From positions 1,582 to 65,581 of the forward strand of contig QNCL01000001.1 of assembly GCA_003645805.1 (NCBI GenBank): a stretch of 64,000 nucleotides of DNA. Direction: 5' to 3'. The notes beneath the pieces were generated by a model. It was not told the origin of the DNA. It worked only from the letters and a program-made list of their open reading frames with translations, and made no database searches. Both the position numbers and the translations under genes were made by a program. Of this stretch, positions 19,378 to 30,642 are shown in pieces; positions within the stretch are counted from its first letter, which is position 1; every line of letters starts with the position of its first letter. This DNA is from Candidatus Omnitrophota bacterium. Lineage in GTDB: Bacteria > Omnitrophota > 4484-213.

Positions 19378-19803
19378 ATGAATCTAAAGCAGATTAAAGA
19401 GTTAATAGAGTTGATGAATAAAAATAAGTTAGAGGAAATAGAGTTTGCAAAAGGAGATTTGAGAATTTGTCTGAGGAAGAAAGGAAAAAAAGTAATCCAA
19501 GAAATCTCCGATAAGAAAAAGAGGGAGAAAGAAGAAAAAGAAGAATTAGAGAAAGAAAAATTGGTAGAGATAAAGTCTCCTATTGTAGGAACCTTCTATC
19601 GCGCTTCTTCTCCTGATGCAGAGCCTTTCGTAGAGGTAGGAGATGAGATAGAAAAGGAGCAAACAGTTTGTATTATTGAAGCAATGAAGGTAATGAACGA
19701 AATCAAGTCAGAAGTAAAAGGAAAGGTAGAGAAGATATTGGTAAATAATGGAGAGGCGGTAGAGTTTGATCAACCTTTATTTTTGCTCAGAGTAACTGAG
19801 TGA
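19378..19803 (+). CDS. accB: acetyl-CoA carboxylase biotin carboxyl carrier protein
   Basis: [20 protein letters not shown] biotinylation site; upstream of accC. Confidence 0.95.
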   Translation: MNLKQIKELIELMNKNKLEEIEFAKGDLRICLRKKGKKVIQEISDKKKREKEEKEELEKEKLVEIKSPIVGTFYRASSPDAEPFVEVGDEIEKEQTVCIIEAMKVMNEIKSEVKGKVEKILVNNGEAVEFDQPLFLLRVTE

Positions 19804-19819
19804 AGTGTTTGTAGACAAA

Positions 19820-21166
19820 ATGTTTGACAAGATTCTTATTGCCAATCGTGGAGAGATTGCTCTGAGAATAGTTCGAGCATGTAAAGAGCTGGGGATTAAG
19901 ACAGTTGTTGTTTACTCTAAAGTAGATAGAGAAAGTTTGGCTGTTCGGCTTGCTGATGAAGCAGTATGCATTGGCCCTGCTCCAAGTGGAAGTAGTTATC
20001 TGAATATCCCGGCAATAATTAGTGCCGCAGAGATTACCGATGTAGATGCTCTCCATCCAGGCTATGGTTTCTTGGCTGAGAATGCTCATTTTGCAGAGAT
20101 ATGCGAGTCCTGCCGGATCAAATTTATTGGACCTAGTGTAGATAATCTCAGGTTAATGGGAAACAAAGCCCTGGCGCGGGAAACAGTTCAGAAATTAGGA
20201 ATACCCACTATTCCGGGAAGTAAGTCCATAATCAAAGATAAACAGGAGGCTTTAGAGGTAGTAAAGAAGATCGGATATCCAGTGATCATTAAATCTGCAG
20301 GAGGGGGAGGAGGGAAAGGAATGCGCATAGCCCACAATGAGATTAGCCTTCTAAATTCCATTGATACTGCGCAGGCAGAGGCAGAAGCAAGTTTTGGTAG
20401 TCCCGATGTGTATATTGAGAAGTATATCCAGAGACCGCGTCATATAGAATTTCAGATACTTGCTGATAACTATGGCAACATCATCCATTTAGGAGAGAGA
20501 GACTGCACCATTCAGAGAAGGCATCAAAAATTGATTGAGGAAGCCCCTTCCTTGAGGGTGGATAAGGAATTGCGTGAGAAGATGGGTAGAGCAGCAGTGA
20601 AATGCGCTAAGAGTATAGGGTATAAAGGAGCAGGAACAGTAGAGTTTCTATTAGATGAGCAAGGAAATTATTATTTTATAGAGATGAACACGCGTATTCA
20701 GGTAGAGCATCCTATTACAGAGATGGTTAGCGGAATAGATTTACTGAAGGAACAAATTAGAATCGCCGCGGGAGAAAGATTGAGATATCAACAAAAGGAT
20801 ATAGAGATCAAGGGTTGGGCAATAGAGTGTAGAATTAATGCAGAAGATTGGGAAAAGGACTTCTCCCCTTCTCCGGGAAGAATCGAGAAATGGATTATTC
20901 CAGGGGGGCGGGGAGTAAGGGTGGACACAGCAGTTTATCCGGGATGTGTAATTCCTCCTTATTATGATTCGCTAATCGCTAAGTTAATTACTTACGGCAA
21001 AACGCGCGAGGAAGCTATCCTGATTATGCGCCGCGCATTAGAAGAGTTTGTTATTGATCCTATAAAAACCACTCTTCCCTTGTATAAAGAAATCTTTGCC
21101 AGTGAGGCTTTCTGGGAAGGAAAATTCCATACCCAGATTATTGAAGAACTTTTGCAGGAAAAGTAG
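19820..21166 (+). CDS. accC: acetyl-CoA carboxylase biotin carboxylase
   Basis: [47 protein letters not shown]. Confidence 0.97.
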   Translation: MFDKILIANRGEIALRIVRACKELGIKTVVVYSKVDRESLAVRLADEAVCIGPAPSGSSYLNIPAIISAAEITDVDALHPGYGFLAENAHFAEICESCRIKFIGPSVDNLRLMGNKALARETVQKLGIPTIPGSKSIIKDKQEALEVVKKIGYPVIIKSAGGGGGKGMRIAHNEISLLNSIDTAQAEAEASFGSPDVYIEKYIQRPRHIEFQILADNYGNIIHLGERDCTIQRRHQKLIEEAPSLRVDKELREKMGRAAVKCAKSIGYKGAGTVEFLLDEQGNYYFIEMNTRIQVEHPITEMVSGIDLLKEQIRIAAGERLRYQQKDIEIKGWAIECRINAEDWEKDFSPSPGRIEKWIIPGGRGVRVDTAVYPGCVIPPYYDSLIAKLITYGKTREEAILIMRRALEEFVIDPIKTTLPLYKEIFASEAFWEGKFHTQIIEELLQEK

Positions 21167-21222
21167 GCTTTGTTCAAAACAGAGGGTTTGAAAAGGAATT
21201 TTTGATAAATCAGGAGGCGAAA

Positions 21223-22215
21223 ATGGCCAAGATATACTATGACAAAGATGCGGATCTTGCTATTCTGAAAGGGAAGAAGATAGGAATAATTGGATATGGA
21301 ATTCAAGGGCGTGCTCAGGCATTAAATCTGCGGGATAGCGGGTTAGAGGTTTTAGTAAGTAATCGCCCAGGAAGTGCTAATTACCAGAAGGCAATAGAAG
21401 ATGGCTTTCAACCTCTACCTGCAGAGGAAGTCGCTAAGAAATGCGACCTCATCCAAATTCTTACTCAAGACCACCTTCAGCCAGAGGTGTATAAAGAGTG
21501 TGTAGAGAAGCATCTTAGTGAGGGAAAAACCTTGATGTTCTCCCACGGATTTAATATCCACTTTCATCAGATCGTTCCTCCTAAGAATGTAGATGTAGTA
21601 ATGGTTGCTCCCAAGGGCCCGGGAGGATTGCTGCGCCAGATGTATCTGGAGAAGAAAGGAGTTCCTTGCTTATTAGCAGTATTTCAAGAATACACAGGAA
21701 AAGCCCTTCAGGTAGGGTTAGCCTATGCCAAAGGAATTGGAGGAACACGCGCAGGAGTAATTGAGACTACTTTTCGCGAGGAAACAGAAACAGATCTCTT
21801 TGGAGAGCAGGTAGTTCTTTGTGGAGGGGTAAGCGAACTGATAAAAGCCGCCTTCGAAACCTTGATAAATGCAGGGTATCAACCGGAGATTGCTTATTTT
21901 GAATGCTTACATGAACTTAAACTAATCACCGATATAATTTATGAGAGCGGAATTCAAGGGATGCGCAAGAGGGTGAGCGATACCGCAGAGTATGGAGATC
22001 TGACGCGCGGAAAGAGGATAATTACCGAGGAAACCAGAAAGGAGATGCGAAGGATTTTGAGCGAGATTCAAAAAGGGGAATTTGCTAAGGAGTGGATTTT
22101 GGAGAATAAAGCCGGTCGTCCTATCTTCAATGCTCTTTCCCGACGCGAAGAGAACCACCCTATCGAAATAATCGGTAAAAAACTGCGAGGGATGATGGAT
22201 TGGATCAAGAAGTAG
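21223..22215 (+). CDS. ilvC: ketol-acid reductoisomerase
   Basis: [44 protein letters not shown]; SD CAGGAGG. Confidence 0.97.
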   Translation: MAKIYYDKDADLAILKGKKIGIIGYGIQGRAQALNLRDSGLEVLVSNRPGSANYQKAIEDGFQPLPAEEVAKKCDLIQILTQDHLQPEVYKECVEKHLSEGKTLMFSHGFNIHFHQIVPPKNVDVVMVAPKGPGGLLRQMYLEKKGVPCLLAVFQEYTGKALQVGLAYAKGIGGTRAGVIETTFREETETDLFGEQVVLCGGVSELIKAAFETLINAGYQPEIAYFECLHELKLITDIIYESGIQGMRKRVSDTAEYGDLTRGKRIITEETRKEMRRILSEIQKGEFAKEWILENKAGRPIFNALSRREENHPIEIIGKKLRGMMDWIKK

Positions 22216-22239
22216 ATGATAAAAGAGTTATCCAGAAAA

Positions 22240-23586
22240 ATGGCTAAAAATTCTGTTTTTGTCTGTCAGGGATGTGGCTACCAATCACCTAAATGGTTGG
22301 GAAGGTGTCCAGATTGTGGTCAGTGGAATACCCTTTGCGAGGAGTCACCTTTCTCTCCTCCCAGTTCCTCTCTGAGTTCTTCTTTCCCAAAAAATTGGTC
22401 AGAGATAGTCAAAGAGACTGATAAAAGCTTGCGTTTCTCTTCAGGAATGGAGGAATTTGATAGGTTATTGGGGGGAGGGATTGTAAAGGGTTCAGTAGTG
22501 CTTATAGGCGGAGAGCCGGGAATAGGAAAATCTACCTTACTTCTTCAGATTTGTAAATCCTTATCGGAGAAACAGAAGATACTTTATGTAAGTGGAGAGG
22601 AATCGATAGCGCAGATTAAACTACGCGGGGAGAGGTTAGATATTCTGAATCCTAAGGAACTATTTATAGTTGGGGAGACAAACCTGAGTATACTTCTTGA
22701 GCACATTCATAACCTCCGTCCGGAGATACTCATTATCGATTCTGTACAAACCCTTTACAAGCAAGATTTATCTTCTGCTCCCGGAAGCATCTCTCAGGTG
22801 AAAGAGTGCACTGCAGATCTCACCCTTTTGGCTAAAAAGCAGAATATCTCTATCTTTCTGATAGGACAGGTTACCAAAGAGGGTTCTCTGGCAGGTCCCC
22901 GCGTGCTGGAGCACATTGTGGATGTAGTGCTTTATTTTGAAGGAGATAAATATCATAACTATCGCCTCTTGCGAGCGGTAAAAAACAGATTCGGCTCTAC
23001 CAATGAAATTGCCCTTTTTGAGATGTCCGAGAAGGGATTGCTTCCTGTCTCCAACCCCTCTTATTTTTTTCTTGAAGAAAAGAAAGAGAGGAACCCGGGC
23101 TCGGCAGTGGTTTGCACCTCGGAAGGTACGCGCCCACTATTGGTAGAGATCCAAGCCCTGGTAGCCTCTACGCATTTTGGCCTTCCTACTCGAAAAACCA
23201 GTGGAATAGATTATAACCGCTTTCTACTCATCTTGGCTATCTTAGAGAAAAAAGTAGGCTTGCGATTAGAAATGCAGGATGTGTTTATAAATGTGGTAGG
23301 AGGGATTAAAGTGGTAGAGCCAGCGGTAGATTTAGGGATTGCTTTAGCCATTGTTTCCAGTTTTAAAGAGATATGCACCCATAAAGGGTATGTATTTATT
23401 GGAGAACTGGGATTAGGAGGAGAAGTGCGCTCTGTTTCCCAATTATCTCTGAGAGTAAAGGAGGCAGAGAGATTAGGATTTAGTTGTTGTGTAGTTCCGG
23501 CAAATAGCAATTTACCACCACAAAAGGTAAAGACCCTTAAAGTAAGGAACATAAAGGAAGCAATAGAGTGGGGTCTGGAGAGTTAG
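22240..23586 (+). CDS. radA: DNA repair protein RadA/Sms
   Basis: C4 zinc finger, GEPGIGKST, KNRFG, Lon-like C-terminal domain. Confidence 0.96.
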   Translation: MAKNSVFVCQGCGYQSPKWLGRCPDCGQWNTLCEESPFSPPSSSLSSSFPKNWSEIVKETDKSLRFSSGMEEFDRLLGGGIVKGSVVLIGGEPGIGKSTLLLQICKSLSEKQKILYVSGEESIAQIKLRGERLDILNPKELFIVGETNLSILLEHIHNLRPEILIIDSVQTLYKQDLSSAPGSISQVKECTADLTLLAKKQNISIFLIGQVTKEGSLAGPRVLEHIVDVVLYFEGDKYHNYRLLRAVKNRFGSTNEIALFEMSEKGLLPVSNPSYFFLEEKKERNPGSAVVCTSEGTRPLLVEIQALVASTHFGLPTRKTSGIDYNRFLLILAILEKKVGLRLEMQDVFINVVGGIKVVEPAVDLGIALAIVSSFKEICTHKGYVFIGELGLGGEVRSVSQLSLRVKEAERLGFSCCVVPANSNLPPQKVKTLKVRNIKEAIEWGLES

Positions 23587-23631
23587 ATGGAGAGCAAAAA
23601 GTAGAGTTAGGTTAAACGAAAAAGTGAATAA

Positions 23632-24333
23632 ATGCGAGTGTTGGGAATAGTTCCTTCTGCAGGAAAAGGGAAGAGGATAGGAGGGGATAAACCTTACCTG
23701 TTGATCAAAGATAAGCCTGTTTTGGCGCATACCTTAATCAGTCTCGAATCTCTTCCTTTCCTGAGCAGAATTATTCTGGTAGTAGAAAAGTCAAGGATTA
23801 GATTTTGTGAACAGGAGATTATTAAGAGGTATGGTTTGAAAAAACCTTATGAGGTGATAGAAGGTGGAAAAGAGAGATTTGATTCTGTATACAGAGGACT
23901 TACAAGAATAGGAAAGGAGGAGATGGTGTTTATCCATGACGGTGTTCGTCCCCTGCTGAGCGCAGAGATAGGAGAGAAACTCCTACGGGCAGGGAGGATT
24001 TATAAAGCAGCAACCATAGGTTTCCCTTGCTCGGAGACAGTAAAGGAGATAAAGAAAGGGATGTTTGTTAAGAAGACTTTGGAGAGAAAGAGGATTTATC
24101 TAATTCAAACTCCGCAAGTTTTTCAGCGAGATTTGCTTATCCAGGCGTATAAAGAGGCAAGAAAGAGAGGAAAGAAAGCGAATGATGATGCAGAATTGGT
24201 AGAGCAAATAGGTCATCCGGTAAAGGTGATAAGAGGGGAGTATAGGAATATCAAGATTACCTATCCTGAAGATTTGATATTTGCTCAGGAGATGCTTAGC
24301 AGAAGAAGGATGGTCTTAACAGAAGAGCAATGA
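23632..24333 (+). CDS. ispD: 2-C-methyl-D-erythritol 4-phosphate cytidylyltransferase
   Basis: SAGKGKR, GGKERFDS, HDGVRP, QTPQVF, NIKITYPED. Confidence 0.94.
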   Translation: MRVLGIVPSAGKGKRIGGDKPYLLIKDKPVLAHTLISLESLPFLSRIILVVEKSRIRFCEQEIIKRYGLKKPYEVIEGGKERFDSVYRGLTRIGKEEMVFIHDGVRPLLSAEIGEKLLRAGRIYKAATIGFPCSETVKEIKKGMFVKKTLERKRIYLIQTPQVFQRDLLIQAYKEARKRGKKANDDAELVEQIGHPVKVIRGEYRNIKITYPEDLIFAQEMLSRRRMVLTEEQ

Positions 24334-24824
24334 GCATAGAAGGAAGTATACGCATCGGTTTTGGTTATGATATTCATCCTCTCCGAAGAGGAAGAAAGTT
24401 GATTTTGGCAGGAGTAGAGATTCCTTCTGAACTGGGATTAGAAGGACACTCCGATGCTGATGTGCTTGTCCATTCCATTTGTGACGCACTTTTAGGAAGC
24501 GGAGGATTGGCAGACATTGGAGAGCATTTTCCTAATAGCGATGAAAGGTTAAAAGGGGTTAGTAGTCTATCTCTACTGAAGAAAGTAAGGGAGATGATAG
24601 AAAAGGAAGGTTGGAGCATAGAGAATATAGATAGCAGTATAATCACCGAAAAACCCAATCTTTCTCCTTTTAAGGAAAGGATGCGAGAGAATATCGCGCG
24701 AGTTCTCCGACTCTCTTTATCCTGTGTAAACATCAAAGCAGGTAGCAATGAAGGTCTGGGAGCAATTGGAAAAGGAGAAGGAATCTGCGCTTATGCAGTA
24801 GTTTTGATAAGAAGAAAAAGATGA
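24330..24824 (+). CDS. ispF: 2-C-methyl-D-erythritol 2,4-cyclodiphosphate synthase
   Basis: [23 protein letters not shown]. Confidence 0.95.
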   Translation: MSIEGSIRIGFGYDIHPLRRGRKLILAGVEIPSELGLEGHSDADVLVHSICDALLGSGGLADIGEHFPNSDERLKGVSSLSLLKKVREMIEKEGWSIENIDSSIITEKPNLSPFKERMRENIARVLRLSLSCVNIKAGSNEGLGAIGKGEGICAYAVVLIRRKR

Positions 24825-25555
24825 TTATCTCTATTATCCTCTCTTATCTATTTGTTGCTTTTTTCTTATTGGTGGTTGTTGCTTTTCTTCTCATCAATCT
24901 CTTTTTCAAAGAGGATATTGAAGTGGTCTTTGAACGCGACCCTGCAGCCCGTTCGCGCCTTGAGGTTATTCTTACTTATCCAGGACTACATGCTATCGTT
25001 CTATATCGTCTTGCTCACTATCTTTACAGAAAGAATGTTCCTCTCTTGCCTCGCTTTATCTCTCACTTAAGCCGATTCCTTACCGGGATAGAGATTCATC
25101 CCGCGGCTCGGATTGGAAAAAGGTTTTTTATTGACCATGGAATGGGAATAGTTATTGGGGAGACAACCGTAATCGGAGACAATGTTAGTTTGTATCAAGG
25201 AGTGACCTTGGGAGGCACAGGAAAAGAGAAAGGGAAAAGGCATCCTACAATTGGCAACAATGTGGTTGTCTCGGCAGGAGCAAAGATCTTGGGCAACATT
25301 ACTATCGGTGACAATGTCAATATAGGGGCAAATGCTGTAGTAATAAGATCTGTTCCTTCTAACTGCACTGTGGTAGGGGTTCCTGGAAGAATGGCTAAGA
25401 AAGAAGGGAAGCGAATACCCGGAATAAACTTAGACCACACCAATCTTCCTGATCCATTAACAGAAAGATTGGAAAGATTGCAGCGAGAGATTGATCTGGT
25501 AGAGAAACATTTAGAGGAGTGGAAGGAGAAGGAAAAGGAGAAAAAGGGAGGTTAA
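24821..25555 (+). CDS. cysE: serine O-acetyltransferase with N-terminal hydrophobic helix
   Basis: [41 protein letters not shown]. Confidence 0.93.
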   Translation: MIISIILSYLFVAFFLLVVVAFLLINLFFKEDIEVVFERDPAARSRLEVILTYPGLHAIVLYRLAHYLYRKNVPLLPRFISHLSRFLTGIEIHPAARIGKRFFIDHGMGIVIGETTVIGDNVSLYQGVTLGGTGKEKGKRHPTIGNNVVVSAGAKILGNITIGDNVNIGANAVVIRSVPSNCTVVGVPGRMAKKEGKRIPGINLDHTNLPDPLTERLERLQREIDLVEKHLEEWKEKEKEKKGG

Positions 25556-25621
25556 AAGCAAAAAGGCTTCAAACGAAGGGAATTTCACCCCTTTTTGAGC
25601 CTCTGTTTATACCTTTGGTTT

Positions 25622-27025
25622 ATGCTTTATCTCTATAACACTTTTTCTCGGCAAAAGGAGAGATTTGTGCCTCTTAAACAGGGAGAGGTAAGGATATACA
25701 CCTGTGGTCCCACAGTCTATGACTATGCCCATATAGGAAATTTTCGCGCCTATATCTTTGCCGACCTTCTCAGGCGTTATCTTAAATACAAAGGATATAA
25801 AGTCTTTCAGGTAATGAATATCACCGATGTAGATGATAAAACAATTAAAGGAGCGAGGGAAAAGAAAGTTGACCTGAAGGTGTTTACTCAGAGATATATT
25901 CAGGCGTTCTTTGAGGACATAAAGACCTTGAATATTGAGAAAGTAGAGGTATATCCCCGAGCGACCGAGCATATCAAAGAGATGGTGGAATTGATAAAGG
26001 TGCTGTTAGAGAAAGGGTTTGCCTATAAGAAAGGAGATTCAATATACTTTAGAATCTGCAAATTCAACAGATATGGCAAACTTTCCCGTATGCCTATAAC
26101 TACTACCAGGAGAGAGATAAGAGAAGAAGATAGAGATGAGTATGCCAAAGAGAATCCTTGCGATTTTGTGCTGTGGAAAGCGAAAAAAGAAGCAGAGCCT
26201 TTCTGGAAGACAGAGATAGGAGAAGGGAGGCCAGGGTGGCATATTGAGTGCTCGGCAATGGCAATGAAGTACTTAGGAGAGAGTTTTGATATCCATACGG
26301 GTGGAGAGGATAACATTTTTCCTCACCATGAGAACGAAATTGCCCAAAGTGAGTGTGCCACCGGAAAGAGGTTTGTTCGCTATTGGTTGCACTGTAAATT
26401 TTTATTGGTAAATAATGAAAAAATGGCAAAGTCTAAAGGAAACTTTTATACCTTACGGGATCTCTTAAATAAAGGTTACAACCCTCTGGCAATAAGATTT
26501 CTCCTTTTATCTGTCCACTATCGACATACCTTAAACTTCACCGAAAATGCTCTAAGGCAAGCAGAGGAGACATTGAAAAGGCTAAACGACTTCTGTTTTA
26601 ATATCGGGGATTATAAAGCCCGCCTCTGCCCATCCTTTAGAAAAGATAGTTTTCTGCAGAGGATAAAGAGAGCAAAAGAAGAGTTTGAGCAGGCAATGGA
26701 TGATGACTTGAATATTTCTTCCGCCTTATCTGCTCTGTTTACTCTCATCAGGGAGGTGAATACCTTAATGAGCAAAGGAGAGATAGGAAGAGAGGAGGTG
26801 GAAGAAGTAGAGGGATGGCTGAGAAAGGTTAATCAGATCTTGGGGGTGCTGAGATTTGAGCAAGCAGAGATTGGTAAAGAGGAGAGAGAGTTGATCAAAC
26901 AAAGAGAAGAAGCGCGAAAAAGAAGAGATTTTGTTTTAGCAGATAGAATAAGAGAAGAACTAAAGAAAAGAGGGATTATTGTAGAGGATACAAGAGAAGG
27001 GGAGCGTTGGAAGAAAAACTCTTGA
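25622..27025 (+). CDS. cysS: cysteine--tRNA ligase
   Basis: CGPTVY, HIGN, GRPGWHIECSAM, FPHHENE, KMAKS. Confidence 0.97.
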   Translation: MLYLYNTFSRQKERFVPLKQGEVRIYTCGPTVYDYAHIGNFRAYIFADLLRRYLKYKGYKVFQVMNITDVDDKTIKGAREKKVDLKVFTQRYIQAFFEDIKTLNIEKVEVYPRATEHIKEMVELIKVLLEKGFAYKKGDSIYFRICKFNRYGKLSRMPITTTRREIREEDRDEYAKENPCDFVLWKAKKEAEPFWKTEIGEGRPGWHIECSAMAMKYLGESFDIHTGGEDNIFPHHENEIAQSECATGKRFVRYWLHCKFLLVNNEKMAKSKGNFYTLRDLLNKGYNPLAIRFLLLSVHYRHTLNFTENALRQAEETLKRLNDFCFNIGDYKARLCPSFRKDSFLQRIKRAKEEFEQAMDDDLNISSALSALFTLIREVNTLMSKGEIGREEVEEVEGWLRKVNQILGVLRFEQAEIGKEERELIKQREEARKRRDFVLADRIREELKKRGIIVEDTREGERWKKNS

Positions 27026-27049
27026 CAAAGAGAAAAAGGTGTGTATAAT
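27022..27049 (+). promoter_or_regulatory. consensus sigma70 promoter upstream of tRNA-fMet/dnaE
   Basis: TTGACA (27022) - 16 bp - TATAAT (27044), 13 nt before the tRNA. Confidence 0.8.
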
Positions 27050-27062
27050 AGTATATTGCTGA

Positions 27063-27137
27063 TGCGGGGTGGAGCAGTGGTAGCTCGTTAGGCCCATAAC
27101 CTAAAGGTCAGAGGTTCGAATCCTCTCCCCGCTACCA
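27063..27137 (+). tRNA. tRNA-Met(CAT), initiator (fMet) type
   Basis: 1:72 mismatch (U/U), A11-U24 pair, GCGGGG/CCCCGC acceptor, CAT anticodon, TTCGAAT, ACCA end. Confidence 0.9.
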
Positions 27138-27174
27138 AAAGTAGATAATCCTTCCAATTCTCCCGCCTGATAAA

Positions 27175-30100
27175 GTGCTTCACGCACATTTTGCTCATCT
27201 GCACATTCATAGTCAATATAGCCTCCTTGATGGTATGTGTAAGCTCCCAGACTTAATCAAAAGGAGTATAGAGTTAAGATTTCCTGCTCTGGCTATCACT
27301 GATCATGGAAATATGTTTGGGGCTATTGAATTCTATCAGGAGGCAATGAAGCAAGGGATAAAGCCAATTATTGGCTATGAAGCATATCTTGCTCCTGAGA
27401 GCAGATTTAGCAGAGACCCTGAGGAAGAGAAGAGGGGACGGGCGCACCTTACTTTGCTGGTAAAGAATATGCAGGGATATAAGAACTTGGTTAAATTAGC
27501 CACCTCTGCCTATCTGGAAGGTTTTTATTACAAACCGCGTATAGACAAAGAGATCTTAAGCCAGTACTCTGAGGGTTTAATCGCCTTAAGTGGTTGCTTG
27601 AAAGGAGAGGTTGCTCGCTATATCTTGGAAAACAAAGTAGATAAAGCAAAGAAGGTAATCGGGGAGTATCAGGATATATTTGGTAAGGATAATTTCTATT
27701 TAGAGATTCAGGATCAGTTTCTTCCCGAACAGAAAAAGGTAAACAAAGCACTTGTTAAGATAAGCAAAGAACTGGATATAGAACTGGTGGCTACCAATGA
27801 TGTGCATTACTTACACAAAGCAGATAGTTATAGCCATGAAATTCTCCTCTGTATTCAGACACAAACTACCTTAAACGACCCTAAGCGGATGCGTTTTTCC
27901 ACCAATGAGTTTTATCTAAAGAGTGAAGAGGAGATGAAATACCTCTTCTCTGAGATTCCTGAAGCCTTAACCAATACCCTTAAGATTGTAAACAGATGCA
28001 ATTTAGAATTTGATTTTACCAAGAGATATATGCCTACCTTTCCCCTTCCCGAGGGAAAAACAGATAAGGAGTATCTTCGCGAACTCTGTGAGCAGAGGTT
28101 AAAAGAGAGGTTTAAAGAGGTAGATGAGAGGGTTATTCAAAGGATGGAGAAGGAACTTAAAGTAATCAATGAATGTGGATATGCATCTTATCTACTCATT
28201 GTGCAAGATTTTATCAACTTTGCCAAAAGAAATAATATTGCGGTTGGCCCGGGAAGAGGATCAGTAGCAGGGAGCCTGGTTGCTTATATCTTGGGCATCA
28301 CAGATATCAATCCTTTAAAGTACAACCTTCTCTTTGAGAGATTTTTGAATTATGAGCGAATATCAATGCCCGATATTGACATTGACTTCTGCTATCAACG
28401 GCGCGATGAGGTAATTGATTATGTTACCCGGAAGTATGGAAAAGAGAATGTTTCTCAGATAATCACCTTTGGTACAATGGCTGCGCATGGAGTAATTCGT
28501 GATGTGGGAAGAGTGTTAGGGATGCCTTATGCAGAAGTGGACAGAATTGCCAAGTTGGTGCCTTTGAGTTTGAATATTACTATTGAGGAAGCGCTTTATC
28601 AGGAACCGCGCCTGAAAGAACTTTACGAGCAAGACAAGAATGTGAGACATCTAATAGATGTCTCCAAGGGCTTGGAGGGATTGGTGCGTCATGCTTCTAC
28701 CCATGCTGCTGGGATTGTGATCTCCAGAGAGCAGTTAAGCAATATCGTTCCTTTGTTCAAAAGCCCGGATGGAAAAATAGCCACGCAGTATTCTATGCTT
28801 TCCTTGGAGAAGGTAGGGTTGCTCAAGATGGATTTCTTAGGTCTACGCACCTTGACGGTGATCAGTAAGACTATAGAAAACATAAAGAAATTTCTGCACA
28901 AAGAGATAGAGATTGAGAAGATTCCTTTTGAGGACAAAAAGACTTACCAGCTCCTTTCGCGAGCAAAGTCTATTGGGGTGTTTCAGTTGGAGAGTGAAGG
29001 GATGCGTGATCTGCTCAGGAGAATTGAACCGCAGAATTTTGAGGATATCATTGCCATCCTTGCTCTACATCGCCCAGGTCCGTTGGGAAGCGGAATGATT
29101 GATGAGTTTATAAAAAGAAAACATAATCCCCGCCTGATTAAATATGACCATCCTCAATTGGAATCTATCTTAAAAGAAACCTACGGGATTATTCTTTATC
29201 AGGAGCAGATAATGCAGATTGTGCATAAACTGGCAGGATTTAGTTTAACCCAAGCAGATTTGCTCAGAAGAGCAATAAGTAAGAAGATTCCCGAGGTTAT
29301 CGAGCAACAAAAAGAGGCTTTTATTAAAGGGTGTGAGAAGAATGGGGTTAGAAGGAATATAGCCGAGAAAGTCTTTAATCTCATTGAATACTTTGCGGGA
29401 TATGGCTTTAATAAAAGCCATAGCACCGCTTATGCCTTTATCTCCTATCGCACCGCCTATTTGAAGGCAAACTATCCAGTGCAATTTATGGCCGCTTTAC
29501 TTACCAGTGAAGAAGAAAATACAGATAAGGTGGCTGAGTATGTGGGAGAGTGCAGAAAGATGAGGATAAAAGTTTTACCTCCCGACATTCAGCACTCCTT
29601 TGCAGAATTTACCGTAGAGAAAGGAGGAATAAGATATGGATTGTTAGCCATAAAGAATGTAGGAAGAGGAGCGATTGAGTCCATCGTCAAAGCCAGAGAG
29701 AAAGGAAAGTTTAAGTCTTTAGAGGATTTCTGTCAGCGTGTAGACTTGAGACTGGTGAACAAAAAGGTAATTGAAAGTTTGATAAAGTGTGGAGCACTCG
29801 ATTGCTTTTCCCTTCCTCGTGCCCAGTTAATCGTGAATTTAGAAAGCGCTCTGCAAAGAGCAAGTTGTCTACAAAAAGACAGAGCAAAAGGGCAATTATC
29901 CTTCTTTGATCAACTTTCCCCCTCTTCTGGGCAAACTAACAAGAAGCAGAAGGAGAGGGTGGAGATAAGGGAGTGGCCGCATAATCAACTATTAGCGTTT
30001 GAGAAAGAACTTTTGGGCTTCTACTTCTCTGGACATCCTTTGGCAAGATATGAGCAGATGCTAAAGCGTTATTCTATCTCTCTAACTCAGTTAAATAGAT

Positions 30101-30642
30101 ATACTGAGAATGAAGCGATTCTGTTAGGAGGAATTATCTCCAAGATTAAGCAAATCAATACCAAACGAGGAGAAAAGATGGCTTTTATTAGTCTGGAAAC
30201 CTCAGAAGGAGAAGTAGAGGTAATCCTTTTTCCTAAGATATTTAATAAAGCCCTTGGCTATGTCAAGATAGACAATCCTGTCTTTGTATATGGAAGGATA
30301 ACGGTAAAGGACAATGAGCATAAGGTAATTGCAGAGGAGATAACCCCCCTTCATCAGGTCTATCAGAAATATACCTCAGCCCTCTCTTTGAGGTTGGAGG
30401 CAGATGCAGATAGTTTTCTTCTTGAGCAGGTTAAGCAGATTCTTTCTGCTCATCGAGGGAATGTACCTGTCTACCTGACCTTTCTCTCTCCCAAAGGGAG
30501 ATGGACGATCAATTCCTCTTTGACTATCCAACCTAAAGAGGAACTCTTTTTGGAACTTGAGCAACTCTTGGGAGAAGAGAGAGTAAGGGTGGAAACAAAA
30601 TTGGGAGTAAAAAATGCAAAAGGGATTAAGAGAAGTGGATAA
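27175..30642 (+). CDS. dnaE: DNA polymerase III alpha subunit
   Basis: [46 protein letters not shown] fold. Confidence 0.98.
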   Translation: MLHAHFAHLHIHSQYSLLDGMCKLPDLIKRSIELRFPALAITDHGNMFGAIEFYQEAMKQGIKPIIGYEAYLAPESRFSRDPEEEKRGRAHLTLLVKNMQGYKNLVKLATSAYLEGFYYKPRIDKEILSQYSEGLIALSGCLKGEVARYILENKVDKAKKVIGEYQDIFGKDNFYLEIQDQFLPEQKKVNKALVKISKELDIELVATNDVHYLHKADSYSHEILLCIQTQTTLNDPKRMRFSTNEFYLKSEEEMKYLFSEIPEALTNTLKIVNRCNLEFDFTKRYMPTFPLPEGKTDKEYLRELCEQRLKERFKEVDERVIQRMEKELKVINECGYASYLLIVQDFINFAKRNNIAVGPGRGSVAGSLVAYILGITDINPLKYNLLFERFLNYERISMPDIDIDFCYQRRDEVIDYVTRKYGKENVSQIITFGTMAAHGVIRDVGRVLGMPYAEVDRIAKLVPLSLNITIEEALYQEPRLKELYEQDKNVRHLIDVSKGLEGLVRHASTHAAGIVISREQLSNIVPLFKSPDGKIATQYSMLSLEKVGLLKMDFLGLRTLTVISKTIENIKKFLHKEIEIEKIPFEDKKTYQLLSRAKSIGVFQLESEGMRDLLRRIEPQNFEDIIAILALHRPGPLGSGMIDEFIKRKHNPRLIKYDHPQLESILKETYGIILYQEQIMQIVHKLAGFSLTQADLLRRAISKKIPEVIEQQKEAFIKGCEKNGVRRNIAEKVFNLIEYFAGYGFNKSHSTAYAFISYRTAYLKANYPVQFMAALLTSEEENTDKVAEYVGECRKMRIKVLPPDIQHSFAEFTVEKGGIRYGLLAIKNVGRGAIESIVKAREKGKFKSLEDFCQRVDLRLVNKKVIESLIKCGALDCFSLPRAQLIVNLESALQRASCLQKDRAKGQLSFFDQLSPSSGQTNKKQKERVEIREWPHNQLLAFEKELLGFYFSGHPLARYEQMLKRYSISLTQLNRYTENEAILLGGIISKIKQINTKRGEKMAFISLETSEGEVEVILFPKIFNKALGYVKIDNPVFVYGRITVKDNEHKVIAEEITPLHQVYQKYTSALSLRLEADADSFLLEQVKQILSAHRGNVPVYLTFLSPKGRWTINSSLTIQPKEELFLELEQLLGEERVRVETKLGVKNAKGIKRSG

